Source of the DNA: Neoconidiobolus thromboides FSU 785
Taxonomy: Eukaryota > Fungi > Entomophthoromycota
Assembly: GCA_025603075.1 (NCBI GenBank)
Contig: MU626278.1
Span: 1 to 64,000, forward strand
Direction of reading: 5' to 3'
Length of the DNA: 64,000 nucleotides
This document shows, in pieces, positions 1 through 16,106 of the stretch. Within the stretch, counting starts at the first letter, position 1. The number at the start of each line of letters is the position of its first letter. Position numbers and translations under genes: made by a program. The notes under the pieces were generated by a model. The model was not told where the DNA came from. It worked only from the letters and a program-made list of their open reading frames with translations, and searched no databases.

Positions 1-282
1 TTCCTTATTAATGATTCCATCTTCTGCTTTAGGTTCAATTTTAATAGTTAAATCATTACGGTTCAATGTCAACCAAGGTAATAAAGCACCAAACTCATTT
101 TTAGTACATATTTGTATTCTAAACTCACCATTATGACTATTGTTTAAATCGTAAGCTCTGATATTATGAAAGTCTCGTAATAACATTTCTCTTAATATTT
201 GTGCTTTTGATGCCTCAGTTTGATTTCTAAAATAGACATGAGCATCAAAGTAAGAAATAGGACCAGTAAAATCAGTAATCAT
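1..282 (-). CDS. DOPA 4,5-dioxygenase-family (DOPA_dioxygen/DODA-like) protein, 3' end beyond the window edge
   Basis: Not in the ORF track. Manual translation from ATG 282 gives 94 stop-free codons: MITDFTGPISYFDAHVYFRNQ...AQILREMLLRDF...NSHNGEFRI...EFGALLPWLTLNRNDLTIKIEP. This matches the family pattern xHVYF...LR...F...pWLxLNRxxLsvliHP. Confidence 0.7.
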   Translation of the reverse strand, partial: MITDFTGPISYFDAHVYFRNQTEASKAQILREMLLRDFHNIRAYDLNNSHNGEFRIQICTKNEFGALLPWLTLNRNDLTIKIEPKAEDGIINKE

Positions 283-1174
283 ATTGAATGTAGTTTGTTG
301 ATAGATGTTAATTGATAAGATGTTAATTGATAAGATATATGTTTGAATTTGTTTTATAATATTTTAGTTTAATTCTATATTCATTATATACTTTTTTGTT
401 TTTCAATTTATTTTAATGTATTTCAAATTATTAAGCATAAGTTATAAGACAGTTGATATTCTATTTAAGACCTTAGTTAAATTTTATATAATTTAAATGA
501 AAATCATTTAATTCTATAAACCGCCGAGTTTGAAACTAAAATTATATACGTGATCATATAAATATATAATATTATTTTAAAATATTGCTGTAAAGATCAT
601 AATTATATCATTATACCACTTTTATAGGGATATTTCAATATTAGCTTGTCACTATCAATATGAATATAATATTTCAGCTATTTGTCTATAGAGTTGAAAT
701 TTTAAAATGGAAACACTAATGATAAAAGTAATCCTTATATGATTTTTCTTATACTAGTTTATTCGATTTAAATTGTATTATAGAATCAATTAATTTCATT
801 GAGATATTAGATTGAATACTAGAAACTTTGTTAAGTACTTTTATTAAGTACTTTAGTACTAAATTCAATTAAAAATTCTCTTTTTAGTCTAATATTAAAT
901 AATATTCGTATTTTTATCGAAATATTTTAGATTTTTATCATTGAGAAATGTAATATTGATTTCAAATAATATATGCTAAAACAGGTATTAATTAATTGTT
1001 TTCATTTATTTTTATCGTTGTTTTTATTATTTAAAATAAAACTATAAGATTTTCATTTTCATTAATAAAATAAATAAAGGAGGATAGAATTGATAATTCA
1101 ATGGGATTGAATTATTGAATATTAAAAAGGATCATCAAACTTGAAATTTTTAAAAATTATAAACAGCTAGATTG

Positions 1175-3172
1175 ATGACTATTATTTATTTACTTAGGAA
1201 AAAGTGGAATATTCAAACTCAATTAATTAATTTTAATAGATGTATAAGCCTTAATAGAACATTATGGAATGAAGATAATGGAACGAATCTTGAATCAATT
1301 GCTATTAAATATAATAATAAGGATGTAAAAAGAAATGGGGTACTCGAAAATATAAAGGAATTAAGGAATATCAATATAAGTAGTAAAATCAATATAACTC
1401 GAAATAAGCTCCATATAAATTACTTAATTGAACAAATATATCAACATAAATCATTAATAACTTTAACTGAGATAGAATTATTATTAGAGAAGAGTCGACA
1501 GATTGATAATATTAAAAAAATATATCAATTAATTGATTTAAGTGATAATAATGGAATTCAATTAGATGAGATGATATATTTGAGATTAATCGAAAATTAT
1601 AGGTTCAAAGATAATTATTTAACATCCTTTTTATTTTTACATTACTTTAAACAAAATGAGAATAAGACAAAGAATATTCATTTATGGTTTTTAGAATATA
1701 TTCAATATTTGGAGTTAAAGGAGCAATATAAATATTTTAAGAAATTTAAAGAGTTGATTAAAGAGAGTCAATATTCAATCGAAATTTACAAATTATTATT
1801 AAGGAATGTGTATTCAAAATGGATTATTTATAATGAGGATAAAGAAAAAGAGAATGAGATTGAAGAAGAAGAAGAACTCAAGGTTAAAATAGAAGAAGAA
1901 GTTTTGGAAATTGAAAAAGAAATAGAAATAGAAATGGAAATGGAAACTAAAGAAGAAGAGTCAAGACAATCAATAGAAATTCAAGAGTATTTTATAAAAA
2001 TTAAACAAGAATTAAAAGAGATTTATTATTCAGATATTGAATTGTTCAATTTAATATTAAAAATTGAAATGAAGTTTAATAAAAACAGTGAGTATTTTTA
2101 TAATCAATTAATTAATTTAATCAATAAAAATAAAACAACACCAAATAGTGAAACGTTTTCAGTCTTATCTTATTTATTTGCATATAATAAAGATAGTGAA
2201 AAAATACAACAATTATATTTAATAACAAAGAATTATCAAATTCAAAATAATCAACAATTATTTGATTTTACATTAAGAGGCTTTATTGATGGTCAATTTT
2301 ATCAACAAGCTAATTCCTTATTTTATAATAATATTGAATTAATATTATTAAATAATGAAGATAAAAATCCATTAGTAATATTAAGTTTTATTCAATATTT
2401 AATTCAAACAGATCAAATAAATCAAGCTTGGGATTTAATTTCAAAATATCAATTGAAATTCAATTCATTTTTAATTCATTATTTATTAGTCAATTTAACA
2501 GAGAAGAATGATTTTATAGGTATTTTGGAGTTTATAAAAGATATTATAGATAATAAGGAAGATAATGAGAATAATAATAAGTTGGAAATCAAGACTATAG
2601 AAATAATAATAAGTAAAGCATTTCAAAGAAAAGAATATTTATTTATATTAAATTTAAGAAATGAACTAATTAAATATAGTAATTATAAAGTAAATAGTAA
2701 ATTATTATATTATTTTATTTATTCAAATATAAAATTAAACAATAGAAATCATCAACATCAATACACAATTAAACCGTTAATTAAAGAAGTAAGAAATTAT
2801 TTAATAAATAAACAAATTATAATTAAATGTAAAACAATAATGAAATATGATTATAAATTATTTAATTTATTATTACAATTCGACTATATAGATTCAACTT
2901 ATCAATATTTTAATTATTTAAAAAATCAATCTAAAAATAAAAGAATCTTATTTAATTTATTATTAGCAAAGAAGAAGAATTTTATTATAAAATTAGAAGG
3001 AATTAATTCAATATTAAATTTATTTCAATTTCATCAATTAGAATTTAATTTATTTACTTTAATTTATTGTTTAAGATATTTTATATTAAAATTAAATCAA
3101 AACAAAATTAATTATTATTTAATTTTAATTTTAAATTATCAAAAGTTAAATAGAAAAGATTGTAATTTATTA

Positions 3173-3203
<31 letters not shown>

Positions 3204-4228
3204 TAGAAACGTTGGAAGATAGAGAGAATAACGATATTGTCAATATATTAGAAAATATAGACGAATATTTCAATAAAATCAATAATAATCCATATTTCAA
3301 TAGTAACAAATTCAAAGGATTATTAATTGAAGCTATAATAATAAGTAAGGAAAAAGAACAAATAATTGAATTTTATCATTCGATAAATAACATTGAAATT
3401 CAATATAATAGTAAAGTATTAGAAATAATTATAAATAATTATTATTTAAAACAAGATATAAGATATCAACAAGAATTAGAACAACTCATAGTTCAATTAT
3501 TAAATTTAGATAAATTTATTCATTTAAATATAAATACTTATTTTAATTTAATTCAATATTATTTATTTATGAAAGATAATAAATTCGTTGCAGATAAATT
3601 TTATAATAAACTATTATTACAAATTCAATTATGTAATAATCTCAATAATAATAACAATGAATTAAATGAAAAAATTATTATTAATGACACTTCAAAGATA
3701 TTGACATTATATTTGAAATATTATATAAAACAAGGTGATGAATTACAAATTCAAAAATATATTCAACAATTAGAAAAAAAAGAATATTATCATTCAAGAA
3801 AAATGATTCAATTAATAATTAATTATTATCAAAATACAAACAAAATTTTATTATTAAATGAACTAATTTCCAATTTGTTTTTAATGAATATAAAATATGA
3901 TATAAATTTCTATAATTCAATTTTTGAATATTATTTATTAAATTCGAATATAATTTTATTTGACATAATATTTCAATTATATGATTCTATATTATGGTTT
4001 AAAATTAATATTAATTTAAATACAGTTAAATTGATTATTCGAATTTTATTAAAATATCAAAAATTAGATGAATTATATTCTTTTCTATATTCATTAAATG
4101 GTCATTTTTATTTATTTCCATCTCCAATTTGGTTCCAAACTCAATTAAATATTGACAACTCTTTAAATTTATCTTATTTAAATGATTATTATTTATCATT
4201 ATATAATAAGAATCAAGAAATCAAATAA
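1175..4228 (+). CDS. Large intronless helical-repeat protein, probably a mitochondrial PPR protein (~1017 aa)
   Basis: 1018-codon ORF with TTG at 1172 and first ATG at 1175. Degenerate PPR-like units: TPNSETFSVLSYLF, IKYDINFYNSIFEYY, ININLNTVKLIIRILLK. Strongly N/I/L/Y/K biased. Confidence 0.5.
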
Positions 4229-4313
4229 ATAATTGAACTTTTATATAATAATATTTAATAACATTTTATTTTATATTTTATTTTATTTTATATTTTATTT
4301 TATAGAAACTATA

Positions 4314-4414
4314 TGGGGATGTATTTTTGTGTTTAACAATTTTACCAACAAATTTTCCGCTCAAATAGCGCTTAAAAAATGGAAAAAATAATGAAGTCAA
4401 AAAAAACACTCCCA
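4314..4414 (+). mobile_element. MITE family A, copy A (101 bp, TA-flanked)
   Basis: ta|TGGGGATGTATTTTTG...CCGCTCAAATAGCGCTTAAAA...CAAAAAAAACACTCCCA|ta. Imperfect ~16-bp TIRs. Lies between two convergent 3' ends. Confidence 0.85.
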
Positions 4415-4465
4415 TATGTTGATCTTAAAAAAATTGATATACATATATATATATATATTAATATA

Positions 4466-6221
4466 TTACATATTAAATGGCATATTCATATCCATTGGTC
4501 TACCAGAAGATAATTGGGGTACTTGAGTATATTTACCACGTAAGATATTACGAACTTCATGAAGTAAAGTAAGCATGGACATACCATGAGGATTAGTTGT
4601 TAATGCTTTAATCAATGCAAATGACATAGCACCTGTAGCCTGGGAAGCAATGACAGCATCAGCTGAGGTTTGATTGTCCATACAACTAAATTAAATTAAT
4701 TAATCTGTATTTATTAAATTTAATAATGAAAATTTACCCTGAAAACATGACTACATCAGCTAAAGAGCCTCTAGTTTCTTTACTAATTTTATCCGCTTTT
4801 TTCCCACTAGTTAACTGAGAAACACCACCTTTCAAGCCCATTAAAGCACCTGCAATATCACCCATCATATATTTTTTACCCAGATCCATAACTAAAGATT
4901 GTGCCGTTTTAGCTGGAGAATAAGATATCAATTTACCATCATGATTATAAACATATGGTAAATCTAATGCTGTACCCGAATGACAGCAATCCATAATAGC
5001 TGTTAATCTACATCCTTGAGGTAAAGGTCGAACCATAATAGCATTCATTTCATCATCAATAATCATACCTGCCTTTGTATAATCTACTGGACATATAGTT
5101 TCATCATATCCATCATCTTCATCACCATCTTCATCTTTTTGTTGACTACCATGTCCTGAAAAATGAAAAAATAAAGAATCATTAGGTTGTGCTCCTTCAA
5201 CTAACCATTTCATTGCTTGTAACATGTTTTGTCGAGTAGGCATTCGAGTTGGATTATTTTTTTGATCATCCGTTAAAATAACCATGTTATCAGTTGAGAA
5301 TTGATAATATCTACATATAAAATCTTTAACATTTTTTACATCATTAATACATCCTCTTAACTCTGCTTTAGTTCCATAATAATTAATCCCTACTAATAAT
5401 GCTTTCTTTCTACCCTGGAAATTAGAAGTAGCTACATATTGCCCTTGTCCATTAGGTAAGGGTTGATTTGGAGGTACATGTTGCATTGGAGGTGGTTGAT
5501 GAAACATTTGATTGTTTTGTGGTGGGGGTTGACTTGGTCCTTGGAAATGTTGTTGATTTCTATTATCATTGAAATTATTATTGTAATTATTATTATTATT
5601 ATTATAATTATTATTTTGTTGATAAGGAGGTGGGGGTACTGGATTATTATTATTCATATCCGGTTGTGTAAATGGGGAATTATTAGACCCTGGAAATGGC
5701 GAGTTATTAGATCCTGGAAATGGGGCATTATTAGGTCCTGGAAATGGTGAGTTATTGGAGCCTGGAAATGGGGCATTATTAGGTCCTGGAAATGGGGGGT
5801 TGTTGGATCCTGGAAAAGGGACACTATTAGGACCTGGAAATGGAGCATTATTTGCTCCTGGAAATGGAGGGTTATTTGCTCCAGGAAATGGAGGATTATT
5901 AAAATTACCTCCAGGCATGGGGAAACCATCGGGTTGGGGCATCCCCATTGGACTTGGAAAATTATTGTTGTTATTGTTATAGTTATTTCCATAATTATTT
6001 TGACCTTGATTATAATTACCCTGTCCTGGGAATGGAGGATTCATAGCTGGAGAAGGTCCTGGAGGTCCTGGAGGTCCTGGAGGGAAGTTATTATTGTTAT
6101 TATAGTTATTGTTGTTATAATTGTTATTATTATAGTTATTATTGTTATAATTACTATTGCCTTGGCCAGGCATATTATTGTTTTTATGATCTTGTCGATA
6201 TTGTTGTCCAGGATATGGCAT
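4466..6221 (-). CDS. MCA1: Type I metacaspase with N/P/Q-rich prodomain; 2 exons (6221-4738, 4685-4466)
   Basis: KKALLVGINY, LRGCINDV, FHFSGHG (catalytic His), DCCHSG (catalytic Cys). A 52-nt GT-AG intron (4737-4686) restores SGCMDNQTSAD. Confidence 0.95.
5661..5900 (-). repeat. Ten tandem 24-bp units encoding the octapeptide NN[PAS]PFPG[ASP] in the metacaspase prodomain
   Basis: NNPPFPGA NNPPFPGA NNAPFPGP NSVPFPGS NNPPFPGP NNAPFPGS NNSPFPGP NNAPFPGS NNSPFPGS NNSPFTQP. On the + strand this appears as repeated CCTGGAAATGG. Confidence 0.9.
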
Positions 6222-6732
6222 CTTTATTGTTTATAAATTAAAAATTAAAAATTTTGAAAATTTTAGTTTTTGTTACTTAAACGTCTTTCTTTATTCAGCG
6301 CTTTTTCTTTATTGGTTGGCAAGGTTTGACTTTTTAATTCAGCCTTCTTTTTAGAATTTAGTTAGATTCCAAATTAAAACATTAACGTCAAAGCTATTAT
6401 TAATTTTTATAAATGTAAAATTGTGAGCACTTTGATTTTGTAATTGAAAAATTTAATACAGCGATATTTTATGTTTTTGTATTCACAAAATACAAACTTC
6501 AAGTGCCCAGTTTCATATTTAATAAAATTTAGTAATATACTATTCCTAATAGTTCTTTAAGATTTAAAGAAAACAGCTATTCTAAGTAATATAGACAAGT
6601 AAGGAACTATAGATAGATATTTATAAGTTTAAAAGCTTGCTTAAAAAATAAAATTTTCTAACTCACTTTTTGACCATTTTATATAATGTAAAATTTAAAA
6701 AACTCTAAAAATTAGACAAACCATTTTAGCAT

Positions 6733-6823
6733 TGAGGGATATATTTTGATGATTTTACTAGCAGTTTTTCCACTCAAATAGTGCTTAAAAATAGAAAAAG
6801 TGATGAAACCAAAAAACACCCCA
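6733..6823 (+). mobile_element. MITE family A, copy B (diverged)
   Basis: TGAGGGATATATTTTG...CCACTCAAATAGTGCTTAAAA...CCAAAAAACACCCCA. Confidence 0.75.
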
Positions 6824-7697
6824 TGCGTTAATATAAGATTAAGCAAAAAAGCAAAGCAAAAAAAGTTATTTGGTACTTAATTGTAACTTTGCTAAAAATC
6901 AAAATTAGATGAAATTTGAGCTAAGTTTCTAAACTAATTCACATATAAATAGCATTCATATCAAACATTAATTAGTTTGATTTAATATCATATAGTAATC
7001 AAAAATAAATAATCGAGACATTATTTTCTATAAGCAATAAATAGTAAAAGATATTTATAAATTGAAAAAATACTATTAAACTGAATTTGTAATATAATAT
7101 CCTATATTTGCAATTATTAATACATAAAAGAAATAAACAATTTACATACTTTAAAAAATTAGTAAATATCATTTTTAGCTTGATATAAAATAGCAATAAA
7201 ATAAAATAAAATTGATTACTAATAATAAGGAAACTCAGGTTTGTATTGTTAAAGTTTTAGTATGTTTCAAAAAATCAATTATTTAAATAAAACTACTTTT
7301 GTTTTGTTTTTTATCTTATGTCTTAAACAATTCTCAGCAAAAATTTGATATTATAATAAAGCTAGAGTTATCACTATTGATCCGATCATTTTGAAACTTT
7401 TCGAGCAATATACTACATTTTCATAGATTATTACAATTACAAAAGATTAACCCTCATCATCTTTCTAACCCCAGTTATTCTTTGGACTTTTTGAACTACC
7501 CCCATAGCTGGTCAACGAGATGCTACAAAAGCTACTTATGTTCTGCATTAAACGAAGATAGTATAAAATTAATATTCATTTAACAAAGATAAAATGATAT
7601 TATTGTTTTCAAAAATAGTAAAAAAAAGTAGTAAAAACTTTTGTTAAAATTGTATATAAAATCAGAAAAAATTTATTAAAAACAAAAATTAAGTAAA

Positions 7698-9197
7698 TTA
7701 GATAGGAACAAAGTTGAGTTTGAGGTCTTTAGGACTAATAAATCCTAAAGCTGGTAGTGTAGGGTTATCATAATGAGGGGAATTTTCAGGTAATTCGACA
7801 TTAAAAGTGGATAATATTAAAATTAAAAAAACTTTTTGTTCTAATAAAGAAAATTGACTACCAATACACATTCTAGGCCCATAGCCAAAACCAAGTAATT
7901 CTTTAGTTAATTTCTTATTGATCGATAAATTTCCCAATTCATTAACAATTAAAAATCGATTAGGATTAAATTCTTCCGGGTTTTTAAAGTGAGCATTACC
8001 CTTCATTGCTAGGGCAAAATTTAACATTAAAGGTTGTCCTTTTTTGAAATAAATTTCATTTTCAAAATAGTAATCTTTTGTACATTTCCTTGGTAACATA
8101 TTAACTGTTGGTAAAATTCGCATCGATTCACTTATAACAGCTTCTAGATAAATCATTTGATTAATTTCATCTTGAGTTATAGTATGTAATTTATTAGAAT
8201 CCTTGATTTTTTCACCTACTATTTGATAAATTTCATCTCTCAATTTAGTTTGAATATCTTGATTCTTAGATAAATAATACAAAATAGTAGATATTGTATG
8301 GGCTGTAGTATCATGACCAGCAATAAAAAATGCAATCATATCATTAATAATTTCTTCATCTGTTAATCCATTATCATTAGTGTTATTATCTGAAGCTTGA
8401 ACTAAAGTAGTCAATAAATTAGGTTGTATATCATCAATGTTAACTTGTTGTAATTGTTGTCTTTTTTCATCAATCATTAATTGAATTAATTGACGAAATC
8501 GTTTAGCATCTTTTTTTAAAGTTAATCTTGAAGAAATAGGAAGATAATTTAATACAGGTAATACATAAAACCAAATATTATCCATAGCATTAATTAATTT
8601 AACATATAATCTGGCCATTTCATTAGTTTCATTTTCAATATAATTGAATTCAACATCAAAAACAGATAAACCTAAACTATCTAAAGCTGCTCTTTTCAAT
8701 GTACTTAATAAATCAAATTGTTTATTAGTTTGATTTAATTGAATATGTTGAATTAAATTAATTCCTATATTAAAAAATACATTGATATCCCAGCCTCTCT
8801 TAAATATCGGATTAATCATTCGTCGATGTCGCTTCCATTCTTCTCCATCAATATTGGCTATGTTATCCCCTAATAATTCAATTTGTTCTAACGGTCCATC
8901 TTGCATAAATTTACTAAAATTATCAGTATCTGATAATATTTTATGAATTGTTTCTAGATCTGCTACCATAATAAACCATTGTGTAAACCAATAATTGATA
9001 TATTTATACTTTTTAAATAATGGAACTATTAAATCGGAATCTCTTGTTTGTAAGGGTACATTATTTATAAAATAATAAATCAATTTAAATATATTAACAC
9101 TAACTATTTTACTACTTTCTTTCTCTTCTTTCTTTTTACTAAAATTGAATCTTATTAGAATTAAACTCAATAGGGCTATTAATATATAAATAATCAT
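7698..9197 (-). CDS. Cytochrome P450 (intronless, 499 aa)
   Basis: N-terminal membrane anchor, I-helix AGHDTT, ExxR (ESMR), PERF-like FNPNRF, heme motif FGYGPRMCIG. Confidence 0.95.
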   Translation of the reverse strand: MIIYILIALLSLILIRFNFSKKKEEKESSKIVSVNIFKLIYYFINNVPLQTRDSDLIVPLFKKYKYINYWFTQWFIMVADLETIHKILSDTDNFSKFMQDGPLEQIELLGDNIANIDGEEWKRHRRMINPIFKRGWDINVFFNIGINLIQHIQLNQTNKQFDLLSTLKRAALDSLGLSVFDVEFNYIENETNEMARLYVKLINAMDNIWFYVLPVLNYLPISSRLTLKKDAKRFRQLIQLMIDEKRQQLQQVNIDDIQPNLLTTLVQASDNNTNDNGLTDEEIINDMIAFFIAGHDTTAHTISTILYYLSKNQDIQTKLRDEIYQIVGEKIKDSNKLHTITQDEINQMIYLEAVISESMRILPTVNMLPRKCTKDYYFENEIYFKKGQPLMLNFALAMKGNAHFKNPEEFNPNRFLIVNELGNLSINKKLTKELLGFGYGPRMCIGSQFSLLEQKVFLILILSTFNVELPENSPHYDNPTLPALGFISPKDLKLNFVPI

Positions 9198-10412
9198 TTT
9201 TGAAAAATTATGTATTTATTAATTCATTGTTTGTTTTTATTTTATCAATGTATTTATATTCTATTCTTTTATAAAATACTCTTAATGTCACCCTTTTGCC
9301 ATTTGCAGCATAAGATTAGCACATTTTTGTTTAAAATATTTTAATTGTAAGAACTGTTTCGAAGTTATACTCAATTCAATTTTCAACACTCCATAACCGT
9401 AAATCTTTTCTTTATTATTCTAACTTTTTAATGAATTCTATCATTTAGTGATTCAAAACTTCCCAACAATCAAAAGTAATATATCCTTTTTATTCATATG
9501 ATTTCATTAGTTAATTGTGTTATTTAATATTTTTATTATATTGAGTTAGTATGTTTTAATTATCTGTTAACATGATTTTATAAAAATTAGAATAAATGAA
9601 CCATAATCCTTTTTATAATGTAATGTTGACCCATATTTGATATAAGGTAAAATAGAAGTAAATTGTTTATTTCAGTATTATTTTTTATTAAATATCAATA
9701 ATACTTTTCAATTATTAAAAATTGAATCTATTTTTTTAAATTCAACAACCAAATTTGAAACGTTTGAAAACGAATTCTTCCTTTGTAATGTTACTGCTAA
9801 TTATTAAATTTGTAATAATAAATAGCATAATCGTAATCAGTTATTATTAGGAACTTAAAAATTAAAAAAATTAATATCATACGTAACGTTTTCTAAAAAC
9901 TCTTAACTCAAGAAATCAATTTTAATTTAAAAACATTAAAAAAGGGTGAGTATTTTTTTATTAAGTTAACTTATTTTTATAAAAAAAGGATAAAAATGTC
10001 TTTTATAAAGGGGAATTCTATTATTTAAAATACGATAATTAAAGTAACGTTACATTGTACCAGATAATTGATGCTTCTAAAAACTGGTTAATAAAATTTT
10101 CATAGAACAAGTAATATTCTCAGTTTGAATGTTAATAAATATGGCATGTGAAGTTCCATTGACGGATTATTCCAACTTAGTATATGTATACTAGCGGATT
10201 CGTCCATTTTTAATCATTTTTATTTATTTGATTTAAAACTTAAAATTAAGTAAAAAAATAAAAACATATTAATCGAATACTATATTACTTTATTAATAGC
10301 AAAAAGAGCTATTTTTATAATAGTATTTATTTTTCTATTGATGTTATGTTCACTTTAATGTTTTAAAATTCAAAATAATTCGTAGTTATATAATGTTTAA
10401 AAAAACATGATA

Positions 10413-10504
10413 TGGGGTGTTTTTTTGGCTTGATTGTTTTTTCCATTTTTTAAGCGCTATTTGAGTGAGAAAATTGTTAAAATTCTTACAAAAATACGTC
10501 CCCA
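10413..10504 (-). mobile_element. MITE family A, copy C
   Basis: ta|TGGGGTGTTTTTTTGGC...AAGCGCTATTTGAG...AAAAATACGTCCCCA|ta (reverse orientation). Confidence 0.8.
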
Positions 10505-10847
10505 TATGTTTTTTAAGAATTTGGTATTTATACAAAAATTGAGCCACTTTTTAAGAAAAAATCACTAAAATTCTTAATACTTTATGTTAAATATTAAAAA
10601 ATCTACTTGGAAAGAGTTTATTTAAAAAATCCAAGTTATCTTTATATTATTTTTAAATTTATTAAATTTAGAAAATATTATAAAGCAAGTAAAAATAATC
10701 AACTTCTATAACAATATATATAATGCAGTTTTATCAATAATAATAATAACTTCTTATAATAAACAGAATAAAGGTAAATAATTACTAAAATAGCTACAAA
10801 GCTAGGATAAAAGTAGTCTATAAGGGGTGATTAATTTAGAAGTTCCA

Positions 10848-15902
<5,055 letters not shown>

Positions 15903-16106
15903 TTTAAACAAATCCAAATTTCTATGTGCTAGAATTAGCTAGACTTTAATCTGATTTTATTTTCGATGTTAACAAACTTCCATTTGTGCTTAAACTGCGA
16001 ATTTTGCAAAAATTGGCCAATTAAACTTGAATGGGATGGATCATGATTAAGATGAGATTTGATTTATCAAGATTAAAAAAATAACTAACTTATGTTCAAA
16101 TCCTAG

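Noticed and set aside
4248-4305. (TTTTA/TATTT)n and (AT)n microsatellites here and at ~4440, ~18645 and ~34060
   Set aside because: Ordinary low-complexity tracts in an AT-rich genome.
5463-6236. Overlapping ORFs 5463-5750, 5654-5992, 5755-5982 and 5934-6236
   Set aside because: Antisense or alternative-frame shadows of the low-complexity metacaspase prodomain.
7380-7585. GC-richer patch with a stop-poor frame (…PHHLSNPSYSLDFLNYPHSW…)
   Set aside because: No start codon, splice structure or recognisable motif; at most an unidentifiable relic.
10141-10210. Small nested hairpin (TAGTATA-TG-TATACTA) in a GC-richer island
   Set aside because: Stem too short, and no snoRNA or tRNA boxes found.
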